The notes under the pieces are model-generated. The model was not told the DNA's origin. It saw only the letters and a list, made by a program, of their open reading frames with translations, and made no database searches. From the NCBI GenBank assembly GCA_019637795.1, contig JAHBUY010000002.1, positions 969,606-1,033,605 of the forward strand: 64,000 nucleotides of DNA. Reading direction: 5' to 3'. This stretch comes from a bacterium. GTDB lineage: Bacteria; Desulfobacterota; Binatia; HRBIN30; CADEER01. The translations under genes were made by a program, and so were the position numbers. Of this stretch, positions 49,097-59,289 are shown one piece after another (within the stretch, counting starts at the first letter, position 1; each line of letters begins with the position of its first letter).

Positions 49097-49540
49097 TCAG
49101 GCGGCGAGCTGGCGCAGCAGCGCGCGCTGCCTGGCGAACATCCGCCGCGCCTCGGCGGGCGAGCGTTCGTGATCGTAGCCGAGGAGGTGGAGGATGCCGT
49201 GGGCGAGGAGGACGCGCACCTCGTCGGCGGCGGTGGCGCCGCGCGCCGCGGCCTGGCGCGCGGCGGTGTCGAGCGAGATCACGACATCGCCCAGCACGTC
49301 GGCGTGGACCGCGGCGTCCTCCCCCTCGCGCAGGGCGAAGGCGAGGACGTCGGTGGGCCGATCCTTGCGGCGCCAGTCGCGATTCAGCGCCTGCATCTCG
49401 GCGTCGCCGACCAGGGCGATGCTGAGCTCGCCGGTGACGCCGAGCAGCGCGAGCGCGCGCCGGGCGTCGCGCCGCACGGCGGCGGCGCGGACGCCGGGAA
49501 CGCGGCGGCGGGCGACCAGGCTGACCGTCGCCGCCGGCAT
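49097..49540 (-). CDS. ybeY: rRNA maturation endoribonuclease YbeY
   Basis: Met at 49540 was verified. HGxLHLxGYDH zinc motif (AHGILHLLGYDHE). Confidence 0.85.
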   Translation of the reverse strand: MPAATVSLVARRRVPGVRAAAVRRDARRALALLGVTGELSIALVGDAEMQALNRDWRRKDRPTDVLAFALREGEDAAVHADVLGDVVISLDTAARQAAARGATAADEVRVLLAHGILHLLGYDHERSPAEARRMFARQRALLRQLAA

Positions 49541-49563
49541 CGATCGACGCGGCGTCGGCGACG

Positions 49564-49992
49564 TCACTTGTACGCGCCGCCGGTCGCCGCCTTCCACTCG
49601 CCGATCACCTGGTCGGTCTCGACCCGATTGTAGATGTCCTCCTGGAACGAGAACTGGCCGTTGCCGGCGTACTCCATGGCGGTGAAGCCGGCGAACTCGA
49701 AGTGGGAGCCGTCGGCGCGGCGGCCGGGCAGGCGGTTGAGCCACTTGTGCACGACGCGGTTGCCGTCGATGCACACCCACTCGACCGGATAGGTCCAGCC
49801 CTTGCAGTACGCCATCACCGGCACCAGCCAATCGAGGATCGCGGCGCGGCCGCGGAAGATGCCGTAGTGGTGCTCGTGGTAGACCGCGTCCTCGGTGAAC
49901 GTGTTGCCGAAACCGGCCCAGTCGTCGGCGTCCTGCAGGGCCATGCGCCGCTGCCAGGCGGCATGGATCTCCTCGCGGCTGAAGGTGCTCAT
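49564..49992 (-). CDS. SnoaL/NTF2-like fold protein
   Basis: Met at 49992 was verified. 142 aa with NTF2-like Trp/Tyr-rich pattern (EIHAAWQRRMALQDADDWAGF...). Confidence 0.55.
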   Translation of the reverse strand: MSTFSREEIHAAWQRRMALQDADDWAGFGNTFTEDAVYHEHHYGIFRGRAAILDWLVPVMAYCKGWTYPVEWVCIDGNRVVHKWLNRLPGRRADGSHFEFAGFTAMEYAGNGQFSFQEDIYNRVETDQVIGEWKAATGGAYK

Positions 49993-50197
49993 GGGGTGTC
50001 GTCCTCCGGCGCCACTTGGTCGCCGCTCCATGCGGCGACGGCTGCATCGTTCACGTCGAAATGGCCGCGATCCCCGACGGTCGTGAATCGGCGGCGGTGG
50101 CGCGCCGCCGCGTCGACCATGGATGGCTCCTCCGTGGCTCCCGCCATCGCCCGCCCCGCCGCCGTTCGTCAAGCGCGGCGCGCGCCGGGCGCGGCGG

Positions 50198-51166
<969 letters not shown>

Positions 51167-51252
51167 CTTTCACCGCAGAGACGCAGAGGCGCGGAGATGC
51201 GGAGCTGCGCCGGAGGCTGCCCGTCTCTGCGCCTCTGCGGTGAAGAACCGTG

Positions 51253-53880
51253 TCACGAGACCAGCTCGACGGCGCGCTGCAGCGCGGCGTCGATCTTCGA
51301 CGCATCGCTGCCGCCGGCCTGGGCGAGCTCGGGGCGGCCGCCGCCCCTGCCGCCGACGATCGGGGCGATCTCGCCCACCAGCTTGCCGGCGTGCACCTGG
51401 CCGGCGAGGTCCTTGGTGACCGCCGCGAGCAGGCGCACCTGCCCGTCGTGGGCGCCGGCGAGGACGACGATCCCGGAGCCGAGCCGCTCGCGGAGCTGGT
51501 CGGCGAGCTCGAGCAGGCGCTTCGGATCCGACTCGTCCACCCGCGCCGCGATCACCGTGCGGCCCTTGATGGTCTGCGCCCGCGACAGCAGGTCGCCGGA
51601 CTGACTGCCGGCCACCTGGCGCTGCAACTGCTGGAGCTGGCGTTCGAGCTGCTTCTGCTGCGCCAGCAGGCGCTCGACGCGCTCGGCGACGTCCTCCTCG
51701 CTGCCGCGCAGCAGCTCGCCGAGCCTGCGCAGCGACTGCTCCGAGGCGCGCACCCATTCGAGCGCGCCGATCCCGGTGATCGCCTCGATGCGGCGCGTGC
51801 CGGCGGCGACGCCGGCCTCGCCGCGCAGCTTGAAGAGGCCGATGTCGCCGGTGCGCCGCACGTGCGTGCCGCCGCACAGCTCGGTGGAGAAGTCGCCCAT
51901 CCGCACCACCCGCACGCGGTCGCCGTACTTGTCGCCGAAGAAGGCGAGGGCGCCGGCCTTGATGGCGGCGTCGTAGGCCATCTCCTCGACCGTCACCTCG
52001 GCGTTCTCGCGGATGTGCGCGTTGACCTCGTCCTCGATGCGCCGCAGCGCCGGCTCGTCGATCGGCGTCGGTTGCGTGAAATCGAAGCGCAGGCGGTCGG
52101 GGGCCACCAGCGACCCGGCCTGGCGGACCTGGTCGCCGAGCACGCGCCGCAGCACGCCGTGCAGGATGTGGGTGACCGAGTGGTTCAGGCGCGTCGCCTC
52201 GCGGCGCTCGCGGTCGACCAGCAGGCGCGCCGTCTGGCCGGTCCGCAGCGCGCCGCGCACCACCGTGCCGACGTGCACGGTGAGGTCGGCCCGCGGTTTC
52301 AGGGTGTCGGTGATCTCCACCAACGCCCCGTCGGCGGTCTCGATGACGCCGCGGTCGCCGACCTGGCCGCCGGACTCGCCGTAGAAGGGGGTCTCGGCGG
52401 CGACGACGTGCACGGTCTCGCCGGCGCGCACTTCGTCGCGCGCCTCGCCGTCAACCGCCAGGGCGGCGATCGGCGACTCGTAGTCGTAGACGCGATCGCC
52501 GACGAAGCGCGACGAGGCGGCGCTGCCGACGATCTGGCCTTCGCCGGCGGCCTTGCGGGCGTCGCGGGCGCGCTGCTTCTGGGCCGCCATCGCCGCCGTG
52601 AAGCCGGCCTGGTCGACGGTGATGCCGTGATCGCGCAGGATGTCCTCGGTCATGTCGACCGGAAAGCCGTAGGTATCGTAGAGCTTGAAGGCGACGTCGC
52701 CGGGCAGGACCGTCTGCCGCGCCTTCTGGAGCGCGGCGCGCTCCTGGGCGAGCAGGGCGAGGCCGCGGTCGAGCGTTTCGGCGAAGCGCTCCTCCTCGCT
52801 GCGCACGACCTCCTCGATGTAGGCGCGGCGCTCGACCAGCTCCGGGTAGGCGCCGCCGAGGACGGCGCAGACCGGCTCCGACATCGCGTAGAGGAACGGC
52901 TGCTCGAAGCCGAGGACGCGGGCGTGCCGCGCGGCGCGGCGCAGGATGCGGCGCAGCACGTAGCCGCGACCCTCGTTTCCCGGCACGACGCCGTCGGCGA
53001 TCATGCAGTTGAGGGCGCGGCTGTGGTCGGCGATGACGCGCATCGCCAGGTCGCTCTCCTCGTCGGCGCCGTAGCGGCGACCGGCTCGCTCCTCGGTGAA
53101 GGCGATGAGGCGGCGGAAGAGGTCGGTGTCGTAGTTCGAGGCGACGTGCTGGAGGACGGCGGTGACGCGCTCGAGGCCCATGCCGGTGTCGACGTGCTTG
53201 CTCTTCAGCTCGACCAGATCGCCGTTCGCCTGCCGGTCGTACTGGATGAACACCAGGTTCCACAGCTCGATGAAGCGCGAGCAGCCGACGTTCACCGCGC
53301 ACTGGTGGCCGGCGACGTGCTGCTTGTCGCAGGCCGCCGGGCCGCGGTCGATGTGGATCTCCGAGCACGGGCCGCACGGACCGGTGTCGCCCATCTCCCA
53401 GAAGTTGTCCTTCTCGTCGAAGCGCAGGACCTGCGCCGGGTCGATGTCGGTCTCGCGCTTCCACAGCGACTCGGCTTCGTCGTCGGTGCGGAAGACGGTC
53501 GCCCACAGCTTGTCCTTGGGCAGCTTCCAGACGTCGGTGAGCAGCTCCCAGGCCCAGGCGATCGCCTCCCGCTTGTAGTACTCGCCGAACGACCAGTTGC
53601 CGAGCATCTCGAACAGCGTGTGGTGGTACGTGTCGCGCCCCACCTCCTCGAGATCGTTGTGCTTGCCGCTCAGCCGCAGGCACTTCTGCGCGCTCGCGGC
53701 GCGCGGATTGGCGCGCTGTTCCTGGCCGAGGAAGACGTTCTTGAACTGCACCATGCCGGCGTTGGTGAACAGCAGGGTCGGGTCGTTGCTCGGCACGATC
53801 GAGGAGCTGCGCACCAGCTCGTGCCCGCGGGCCCGGAAGAACTCGAGAAAACTGCTGCGAACCTCGGCGCCGGTCATCAT
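51253..53880 (-). CDS. alaS: alanine--tRNA ligase
   Basis: Class II motifs, FTNAGMVQFK and a WHCGH-type zinc motif region, editing and C-Ala domains. About 875 aa. Start at tandem Met38/39. Confidence 0.9.
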   Translation of the reverse strand: MMTGAEVRSSFLEFFRARGHELVRSSSIVPSNDPTLLFTNAGMVQFKNVFLGQEQRANPRAASAQKCLRLSGKHNDLEEVGRDTYHHTLFEMLGNWSFGEYYKREAIAWAWELLTDVWKLPKDKLWATVFRTDDEAESLWKRETDIDPAQVLRFDEKDNFWEMGDTGPCGPCSEIHIDRGPAACDKQHVAGHQCAVNVGCSRFIELWNLVFIQYDRQANGDLVELKSKHVDTGMGLERVTAVLQHVASNYDTDLFRRLIAFTEERAGRRYGADEESDLAMRVIADHSRALNCMIADGVVPGNEGRGYVLRRILRRAARHARVLGFEQPFLYAMSEPVCAVLGGAYPELVERRAYIEEVVRSEEERFAETLDRGLALLAQERAALQKARQTVLPGDVAFKLYDTYGFPVDMTEDILRDHGITVDQAGFTAAMAAQKQRARDARKAAGEGQIVGSAASSRFVGDRVYDYESPIAALAVDGEARDEVRAGETVHVVAAETPFYGESGGQVGDRGVIETADGALVEITDTLKPRADLTVHVGTVVRGALRTGQTARLLVDRERREATRLNHSVTHILHGVLRRVLGDQVRQAGSLVAPDRLRFDFTQPTPIDEPALRRIEDEVNAHIRENAEVTVEEMAYDAAIKAGALAFFGDKYGDRVRVVRMGDFSTELCGGTHVRRTGDIGLFKLRGEAGVAAGTRRIEAITGIGALEWVRASEQSLRRLGELLRGSEEDVAERVERLLAQQKQLERQLQQLQRQVAGSQSGDLLSRAQTIKGRTVIAARVDESDPKRLLELADQLRERLGSGIVVLAGAHDGQVRLLAAVTKDLAGQVHAGKLVGEIAPIVGGRGGGRPELAQAGGSDASKIDAALQRAVELVS

Positions 53881-54136
53881 CGGAGGCACGCTAGAGCCGG
53901 GTCGGAGGGAATTCAACGGGGCGCCACGGGTGGACACGGATGGCCACCGATGAACACGGATCCACGAAGAGCACGAACCCCGCCTCCTCACCCCCCCAAT
54001 GCCACGAAGCCCCGCCCAACCCCGGGAGAATGGGACGGGTGGAGTGGGGATTCGTGTTCTTCGTGGCTTCGCCGGCCGGCGGCGGTGCTGACATTGGTCA
54101 TGGCGGACCGGCCGCTCCGCTGCTTGAGATCCCTCG

Positions 54137-54964
54137 ATGGCAGCAGGGCGATCGAACCATCGCCTGTCGCGGCGGGCGGCGGCGCGGGCGGTGCTCGAGC
54201 GCTTCGATCCCGCCGCCGCCGACCTGTGGATGGGCCGGGTGCGAGCGGTCCTCTGGCCCTACTTCCGGCCGCAGTTGATCGGCACCGAGCATCTGCCGAC
54301 GGGGCGGGCGCTGCTCATCGGCCGCCATTCCGGCGTCATTCCCTACGATGCGGCGTGCGCCATGGCGGCCATCCACGAAGCCACTGGTCGGGTGTGTCGC
54401 GCCTTCGGCGACCGTTTCTTCGCCCTCATCCCCGGCATGGAACGGTTGCTCAATCGCTGTGGCGCCGGCATCGCCGATCCGGCCGTGGTCGAGGCGGCGC
54501 TGCGCGAGGAGCACGCGGTCCTGGTGTTCCCGGGCGGCACGCTCGACATGCAGCGACCGTACCTGAGCGACGCCTATCGGGTCGTCCCCCACCGCGGCTT
54601 CGCGCCCGGCCACGGCGGCTACGTCAAGCTGGCGCTGCGCACCGGCGCGCCGATCGTGCCGCTGGCGGTGGTCGGCGCCGAGGAGGCGCACGTCCTGCTC
54701 GGCAATTGGGCGGCCGGCGCCCGCCTGCTGGGAACGCCGCTGCTGCCATTCGTGCTCTTCCCGCTGCCCCTGCCGGTGAAGCTCTACCTCCGCCTCGGCC
54801 GGCCGATCCACCTGCGCGGCACGCCGGCCGACGCCGCGCGGCAGGATCGCGTCGACGCGCTCAACCGGGTGGTGCAGCGCCGCCTGCAGCGCCTGATCGA
54901 CGACACCGTGCGGCGCCGGCGCGGCATCGTCTTCAGCCGCTTCGATCAACGAGGAACCCGATGA
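54137..54964 (+). CDS. PlsC-family lysophospholipid acyltransferase-like protein
   Basis: HxxxxD motif (RHSGVIPYD) and FPGGT motif. The stop overlaps the downstream start (ATGA). The true start may be Met32 (54230). Confidence 0.6.
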   Translation: MAAGRSNHRLSRRAAARAVLERFDPAAADLWMGRVRAVLWPYFRPQLIGTEHLPTGRALLIGRHSGVIPYDAACAMAAIHEATGRVCRAFGDRFFALIPGMERLLNRCGAGIADPAVVEAALREEHAVLVFPGGTLDMQRPYLSDAYRVVPHRGFAPGHGGYVKLALRTGAPIVPLAVVGAEEAHVLLGNWAAGARLLGTPLLPFVLFPLPLPVKLYLRLGRPIHLRGTPADAARQDRVDALNRVVQRRLQRLIDDTVRRRRGIVFSRFDQRGTR

Positions 54965-55905
54965 CCACGCCGCCGCGCCGCATCCGCTTCGGCATCCAGA
55001 CCGGACAGCAGTTCGCGAGCTGGCCGGAGATCGTCCGCGTCTGGCAGCGCGCCGAGGCGCTCGGGTACGACACCGCCTGGACCTACGACCACTTCGTCGC
55101 CGTGATGATGGATCCGTACGATCCCTGCCTCGAGGCCTGGACCTGCCTGGCGGCGCTGGCGGTGCAGACGACGCGGATCCGCATCGGCGCCCTGGTGACC
55201 GGCAACACCTACCGCCATCCGGCGATCCTGGCCAAGATGGCGACCACCGTCGACGTCATCAGCGGCGGCCGCCTCGAGCTCGGCATCGGCGCCGGCTGGT
55301 ACGAGCCCGAGCACGCCATGTTCGGCCTCCGCTTCGGCAGCGCGCGCGAGCGCTGCGAGCGCCTCGACGAGGCCCTGACGGTCATCCGCGCCCTCTGGAG
55401 CGAGCGCCAGGCGAGCGTCAGCGGCCGGCACTACCAGTTGCGGGGCGCGGTCGCCGAGCCCAAGCCGGTGCAGCGTCCGCACCCGCCGATCACCGTCGCC
55501 GGCAGCGGCGAGCGGCGCCTGCTGCCGATCGTCGCCCGCCACGCCGACGCCTGGAGCGGCTTCGGCTCGCCGGCGGTGTGCCGGCGCAAGATCGAGATCC
55601 TGCGCCGCTGCGGCGACGCGATCGGGCGTGACGTCGACGCGATCGAGAAGGGCGTGCTGTTGCCGGCGCAGATCACCGACGACCTCGCCACCGCCGCGCC
55701 GCTGATCCAGGGCTACGCCATGTACCAGGGCATCGCGGAGGACGAGGCCCGCGACTGGATGCTGCTCGGCAGCGCCGACGAGATCTCCCGCCACCTCGAG
55801 TCCTTCGTCGCCGCCGGCGTCAGCCACTTCGTGCTGACGCTGTCGCCCTACAACTTCGACGTCTTCGAGCGCTTCGCCGCCGAGGTGATGCCGCGTTTCC
55901 GCTGA
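54961..55905 (+). CDS. luciferase-like monooxygenase (LLM) class F420/flavin-dependent oxidoreductase
   Basis: LLM signature (RFGIQTG...GYDTAWTYDHF...GRLELGIGAGW). C-terminal 314 codons of a 1551-aa artifactual ORF. Translationally coupled to the acyltransferase. Confidence 0.75.
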   Translation: MTTPPRRIRFGIQTGQQFASWPEIVRVWQRAEALGYDTAWTYDHFVAVMMDPYDPCLEAWTCLAALAVQTTRIRIGALVTGNTYRHPAILAKMATTVDVISGGRLELGIGAGWYEPEHAMFGLRFGSARERCERLDEALTVIRALWSERQASVSGRHYQLRGAVAEPKPVQRPHPPITVAGSGERRLLPIVARHADAWSGFGSPAVCRRKIEILRRCGDAIGRDVDAIEKGVLLPAQITDDLATAAPLIQGYAMYQGIAEDEARDWMLLGSADEISRHLESFVAAGVSHFVLTLSPYNFDVFERFAAEVMPRFR

Positions 55906-56031
55906 CGGCGGCCCGGCCGGCGGTCGCGCGGGCGCGGCGGCGGTGCTAGCGTTGCAGGCCACGCCCATGCGCATCGGCCGGTCGCTTCCGCCCTCCTCCC
56001 CGCACCGCGCCGCGCCGCCGGAGCGCCGCTG

Positions 56032-57534
56032 GTGAGTCCCGCCCCGTCGCCGCGCCCGCGGCGCTCTCTCTGGAGCATCTGGGCGCCGCTGCCGCTGCTG
56101 GTGCTGGTCCTGCTCGACTGGACCTTCCCGCTCTACTTCTGGCGCATTCCGAAGATCACCGGGCGCGCCGCCGATTACGGCTACCAGTTCCTCTACGACG
56201 TCTCGCGGATGGGCCCCAAGGCGGAGGGCGCGGTCCGCATCCTCGCCTGCGGCAGCTCGGTGGCCGGCGCCTTCGACCCGGCGCAGGTGCAGGGCCTGTT
56301 GCAGGCGCGCTTCCCGGACGTCCCGATCGATGTCCAGCGCCTGCTCAAGCCGAGCATGAAGCCGTCCGACTACCGGCTGTTCCTGCGCAGCGAGCTGTCG
56401 ACGCTGCAGCCGGACATCGTGCTCCTGATGGTCAACCTGCAGGACTTCCTCCACTCCAACTTCGAGCGCGAGATCCGGCCGGACGTGCAGGCCGTCCTGC
56501 CGCCCTGGCCGACGTTGCGCGAGCGCTATCCCCACATCCCGCTCTCCGATTCGCTCGCCCTGCTGCTCGCCTCGGGGAGCAACTTCTTCCGCTATCGCCA
56601 GCCGCTGCGCTCGAGCATCGAGGATCACGCCCGCGCCCTGGTGAGCTGGGCGCGCAGCCCCGCCGTGTCCGGGGGCTACGGCGTCTACCCGGACGGCTAC
56701 GCCCGCCGACGGTTCGGCATCCCCGTGCAGCGCGGCAAGCCGCTCGATCTCGACTACTTCATCGATCCGGCCTGGATTGCCCAGCGCGGCGCGGTGCGGC
56801 TCGACTTCCGCCTCGGCCGGACGTCGCTGGCCACGCGCAGCGAAACGACTCCCGGCTGGAAGACGGTGCACCTCGACCTGCCCGGCGACGGCACCGCCGT
56901 GCTGCAGGTGAGCAGCGACAGCGCGTGGAACCGACGCGCCGCCGGTCTCGCCGACGACCTGCGCCTGCTCGGCGTGCGGCTGCGCGCCGCGCCCGGCGCT
57001 CCGCCCGACGGCGGACCGCAGCCGTTCCACTATCCGCCCACCGACCAGCGCGACCTCGACGCATTCCTCCGCATGGGCGGCGCCACCGGCGCCGCCTACG
57101 CCGAACGCTGGCAGGCGGCGCTGGCGCGCGACGACGACTTCGGCGGCCGCCTGCGCGCCTGGCGCGACACCCGCCTGGCGCTGCGCGACACGCCTTTCGC
57201 GCCGACCGACGAGTTCCGCGAGCTCGCCGGCATGGTCGACGAGCTCGCCGCCCAGGGCACGGCGGTGATCCTCGTCAACACGCCCGAGAACCCGCTGATG
57301 ACCGAGTACCAGCACGGCGCGTACTACCAGGGCTACCGCGACTTCTTCCGCCGCCTCGCCGAGGCGCATCCGGGAGTCTGGTTCGTCGATCTGCTGGACA
57401 GCCTGCCGGCGCAGGACTTCAACGATCTCATGCACGCGACCTACATCGGCGTGATCACGCTCGGCCCCACGTACGCCGACGTCATCGCCGAGGTGATGCG
57501 CGCCCGCGGGCTCGCGCCCGCGTCTCCGCCCTGA
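56032..57534 (+). CDS. membrane-anchored hypothetical protein (possible DltD/AlgJ-like SGNH-fold accessory protein)
   Basis: N-terminal TM anchor, balanced composition rich in Trp/Tyr/Phe. Convergent with the MBOAT-ACP module. Family assignment is inference from context. Confidence 0.45.
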   Translation: MSPAPSPRPRRSLWSIWAPLPLLVLVLLDWTFPLYFWRIPKITGRAADYGYQFLYDVSRMGPKAEGAVRILACGSSVAGAFDPAQVQGLLQARFPDVPIDVQRLLKPSMKPSDYRLFLRSELSTLQPDIVLLMVNLQDFLHSNFEREIRPDVQAVLPPWPTLRERYPHIPLSDSLALLLASGSNFFRYRQPLRSSIEDHARALVSWARSPAVSGGYGVYPDGYARRRFGIPVQRGKPLDLDYFIDPAWIAQRGAVRLDFRLGRTSLATRSETTPGWKTVHLDLPGDGTAVLQVSSDSAWNRRAAGLADDLRLLGVRLRAAPGAPPDGGPQPFHYPPTDQRDLDAFLRMGGATGAAYAERWQAALARDDDFGGRLRAWRDTRLALRDTPFAPTDEFRELAGMVDELAAQGTAVILVNTPENPLMTEYQHGAYYQGYRDFFRRLAEAHPGVWFVDLLDSLPAQDFNDLMHATYIGVITLGPTYADVIAEVMRARGLAPASPP

Positions 57535-57554
57535 CGCCCCTCCTCCGGCCGAGG

Positions 57555-59024
57555 TCAGAAGCGGACGTAGATGAACTGCTTGGCGCCGGTCTCGCCCCAG
57601 AGGAGGATGGCGAAGCCGAGCGTCGCGTACGCCGCCCAGCGCGCCCAGCCGGGCGCCGCCTGCAGCACCGCCGGCACCTGGCCGCGCCGTTGCAGCAGGT
57701 GGACCGTCTCCATGACGATCAGCGCGAAGACGATCAGCGGCACGTCCGCCGCCGACCAGGCGAGCCCGCGCACGCCGATGCCGTGCGGGGCGCCGACGCC
57801 GAGCAGCGGCCCGCAGAGGCCGGCCGCGGCGCGTTGCAGGACCTGCCAGGCGGCGGCGACGGAGTCGGCGCGGAAGAAGACGAACGACGCCACCACCATG
57901 TTGAAGGTGATCAACGGCCCGCTGATGCGGTGCGCCCGGGCCAGCCACGGCGCGCCGCGCAAGCGCTTGGTGCGGGTGCGCAGCGTCAGCGAGGAGCCGA
58001 TCAGATACGCCGCGTGGATCAAGCCGAAGACGACGTACGTCAGGCGCGGCCCGTGCCAGACGCCGATCGCCAGCATGTTGATCGTCAGGCTGGCGATCAG
58101 GCCGGCCTGTCCCCAGTTCCGCAGCGCCATGCGCAAGGGCGTGAAGACGTACTCGCCGAGCCAGGAGGTCAGCGTCATGTGCCAGCGCCGCCAGAAGTCC
58201 TGGATGTTGTCGGCGTAGAACGGCGAGTCGAAGTTCGGCGGCGACCGCAGGCCGAACAGGCGGGCCGAGCCGATGGCGATGTCGGTCAGACCGGAGAAGT
58301 CGGCGTACAGTTGGATGGCGAAACCATACGTGGCCAGCGCGACCACGCCGCCCGAGAACTGCTGCGGCGCGGCGAAGACCTGGTCGACCATCACCCCGAG
58401 CCGGTCGGCCAGCACCAGCTTCTTGAACAGTCCGAAGAGGATGAGCTGGAAGGCGCTGCCGACCACCGCCGGCCGCGGTCGCCGCAGCGGCTCGATCTGG
58501 GCGAGAAAATCGCCGGCGCGTTGGATCGGACCGCTGAGGATCTGCGGAAAGAAGGCGGCGTAGGTGGCGAGGGAGGTGAAATGGCGGCACGGCTCCAGCC
58601 GCTGCCAGTACACGTCGACCACGTAGCTGATCAGCTTCAGCGTGTAGTAGGAGATGCCGACCGCGCCGGCGAACTGCGCGATCACCGCGCCGCCGAACGT
58701 CGAGCCGCCGAGCCACCCGCCCGTCGCGGCGTCGACGCCGCTCAGGTACTTGAACGCGAGCAGCGGCAGGAGCAGCACCGCCAGGCCGATCCGCAGGGTC
58801 GCCAGCCGCGCCGCCTCGTCGGTCTGCCGGTGCAGGCGGTGGCCGACGGCGTAGGCGGCGCCGCTGACGCCGAGCAGCAGCGCCGCGAAGGGCACGCTCC
58901 AGGTGCAGTAGAACGCGTATGAGGCGACGAGCAGGATGGCGCGCCGCCAGGCGAGCGGCGCCAGGTGGTAGGCGATCGCCGTCAGGGCGAGGAACGCCCC
59001 GTAGGCGAGCGAGTTGTACAGCAC
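57555..59024 (-). CDS. MBOAT-family membrane O-acyltransferase (AlgI/DltB-like)
   Basis: Multi-TM protein with the conserved WRRWHMTL...W...Y MBOAT His region. Confidence 0.8.
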   Translation of the reverse strand: MLYNSLAYGAFLALTAIAYHLAPLAWRRAILLVASYAFYCTWSVPFAALLLGVSGAAYAVGHRLHRQTDEAARLATLRIGLAVLLLPLLAFKYLSGVDAATGGWLGGSTFGGAVIAQFAGAVGISYYTLKLISYVVDVYWQRLEPCRHFTSLATYAAFFPQILSGPIQRAGDFLAQIEPLRRPRPAVVGSAFQLILFGLFKKLVLADRLGVMVDQVFAAPQQFSGGVVALATYGFAIQLYADFSGLTDIAIGSARLFGLRSPPNFDSPFYADNIQDFWRRWHMTLTSWLGEYVFTPLRMALRNWGQAGLIASLTINMLAIGVWHGPRLTYVVFGLIHAAYLIGSSLTLRTRTKRLRGAPWLARAHRISGPLITFNMVVASFVFFRADSVAAAWQVLQRAAAGLCGPLLGVGAPHGIGVRGLAWSAADVPLIVFALIVMETVHLLQRRGQVPAVLQAAPGWARWAAYATLGFAILLWGETGAKQFIYVRF

Positions 59025-59046
59025 CCCCGCGGCCCGCCGCTGCCAG

Positions 59047-59289
59047 CTAGCCCAGCTTGCTGCCGATCAGGGCGATGAATTCGCCCACGTTGGCGAGCGC
59101 GCTCACTTCCTTGGTGGTGAACTTGACCCGAAAGGCGCGCTCCACCGCCACGATCAGGTTGATGTGATTGAGCGAGTCCCACTCCTCGACGTCCTTGGCC
59201 GTCATGGCGTCGTGGATCTCGATCGTGTCGTCGTCGAACACCTCGCGGAAGATCGCGGTCAGCCGCGTCGTGATCTCAGTGCGCTCCAT
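59047..59289 (-). CDS. acyl carrier protein
   Basis: 80 aa. The DVEEWDSLNHINLIV phosphopantetheine-attachment Ser motif (DSL) is of the type paired with FkbH/MBOAT systems. Confidence 0.75.
   Translation of the reverse strand: MERTEITTRLTAIFREVFDDDTIEIHDAMTAKDVEEWDSLNHINLIVAVERAFRVKFTTKEVSALANVGEFIALIGSKLG

Noticed and set aside
51250-54960. N-terminal 1230 codons of the 1551-aa plus-strand ORF across alaS
   Set aside because: Antisense to alaS (unambiguous class II aaRS). Only the last 314 codons (54961-55905) form the LLM oxidoreductase.
54946-58716. 1256-aa minus-strand ORF, 665-aa plus-strand ORF at 56925-58922, and 649-aa plus-strand ORF at 59168-61117
   Set aside because: They overlap the acyltransferase-LLM pair, the MBOAT gene, and the ACP and FkbH genes respectively, in wrong frames or antisense. 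Compositionally biased (Arg/Gly/Asp/His).
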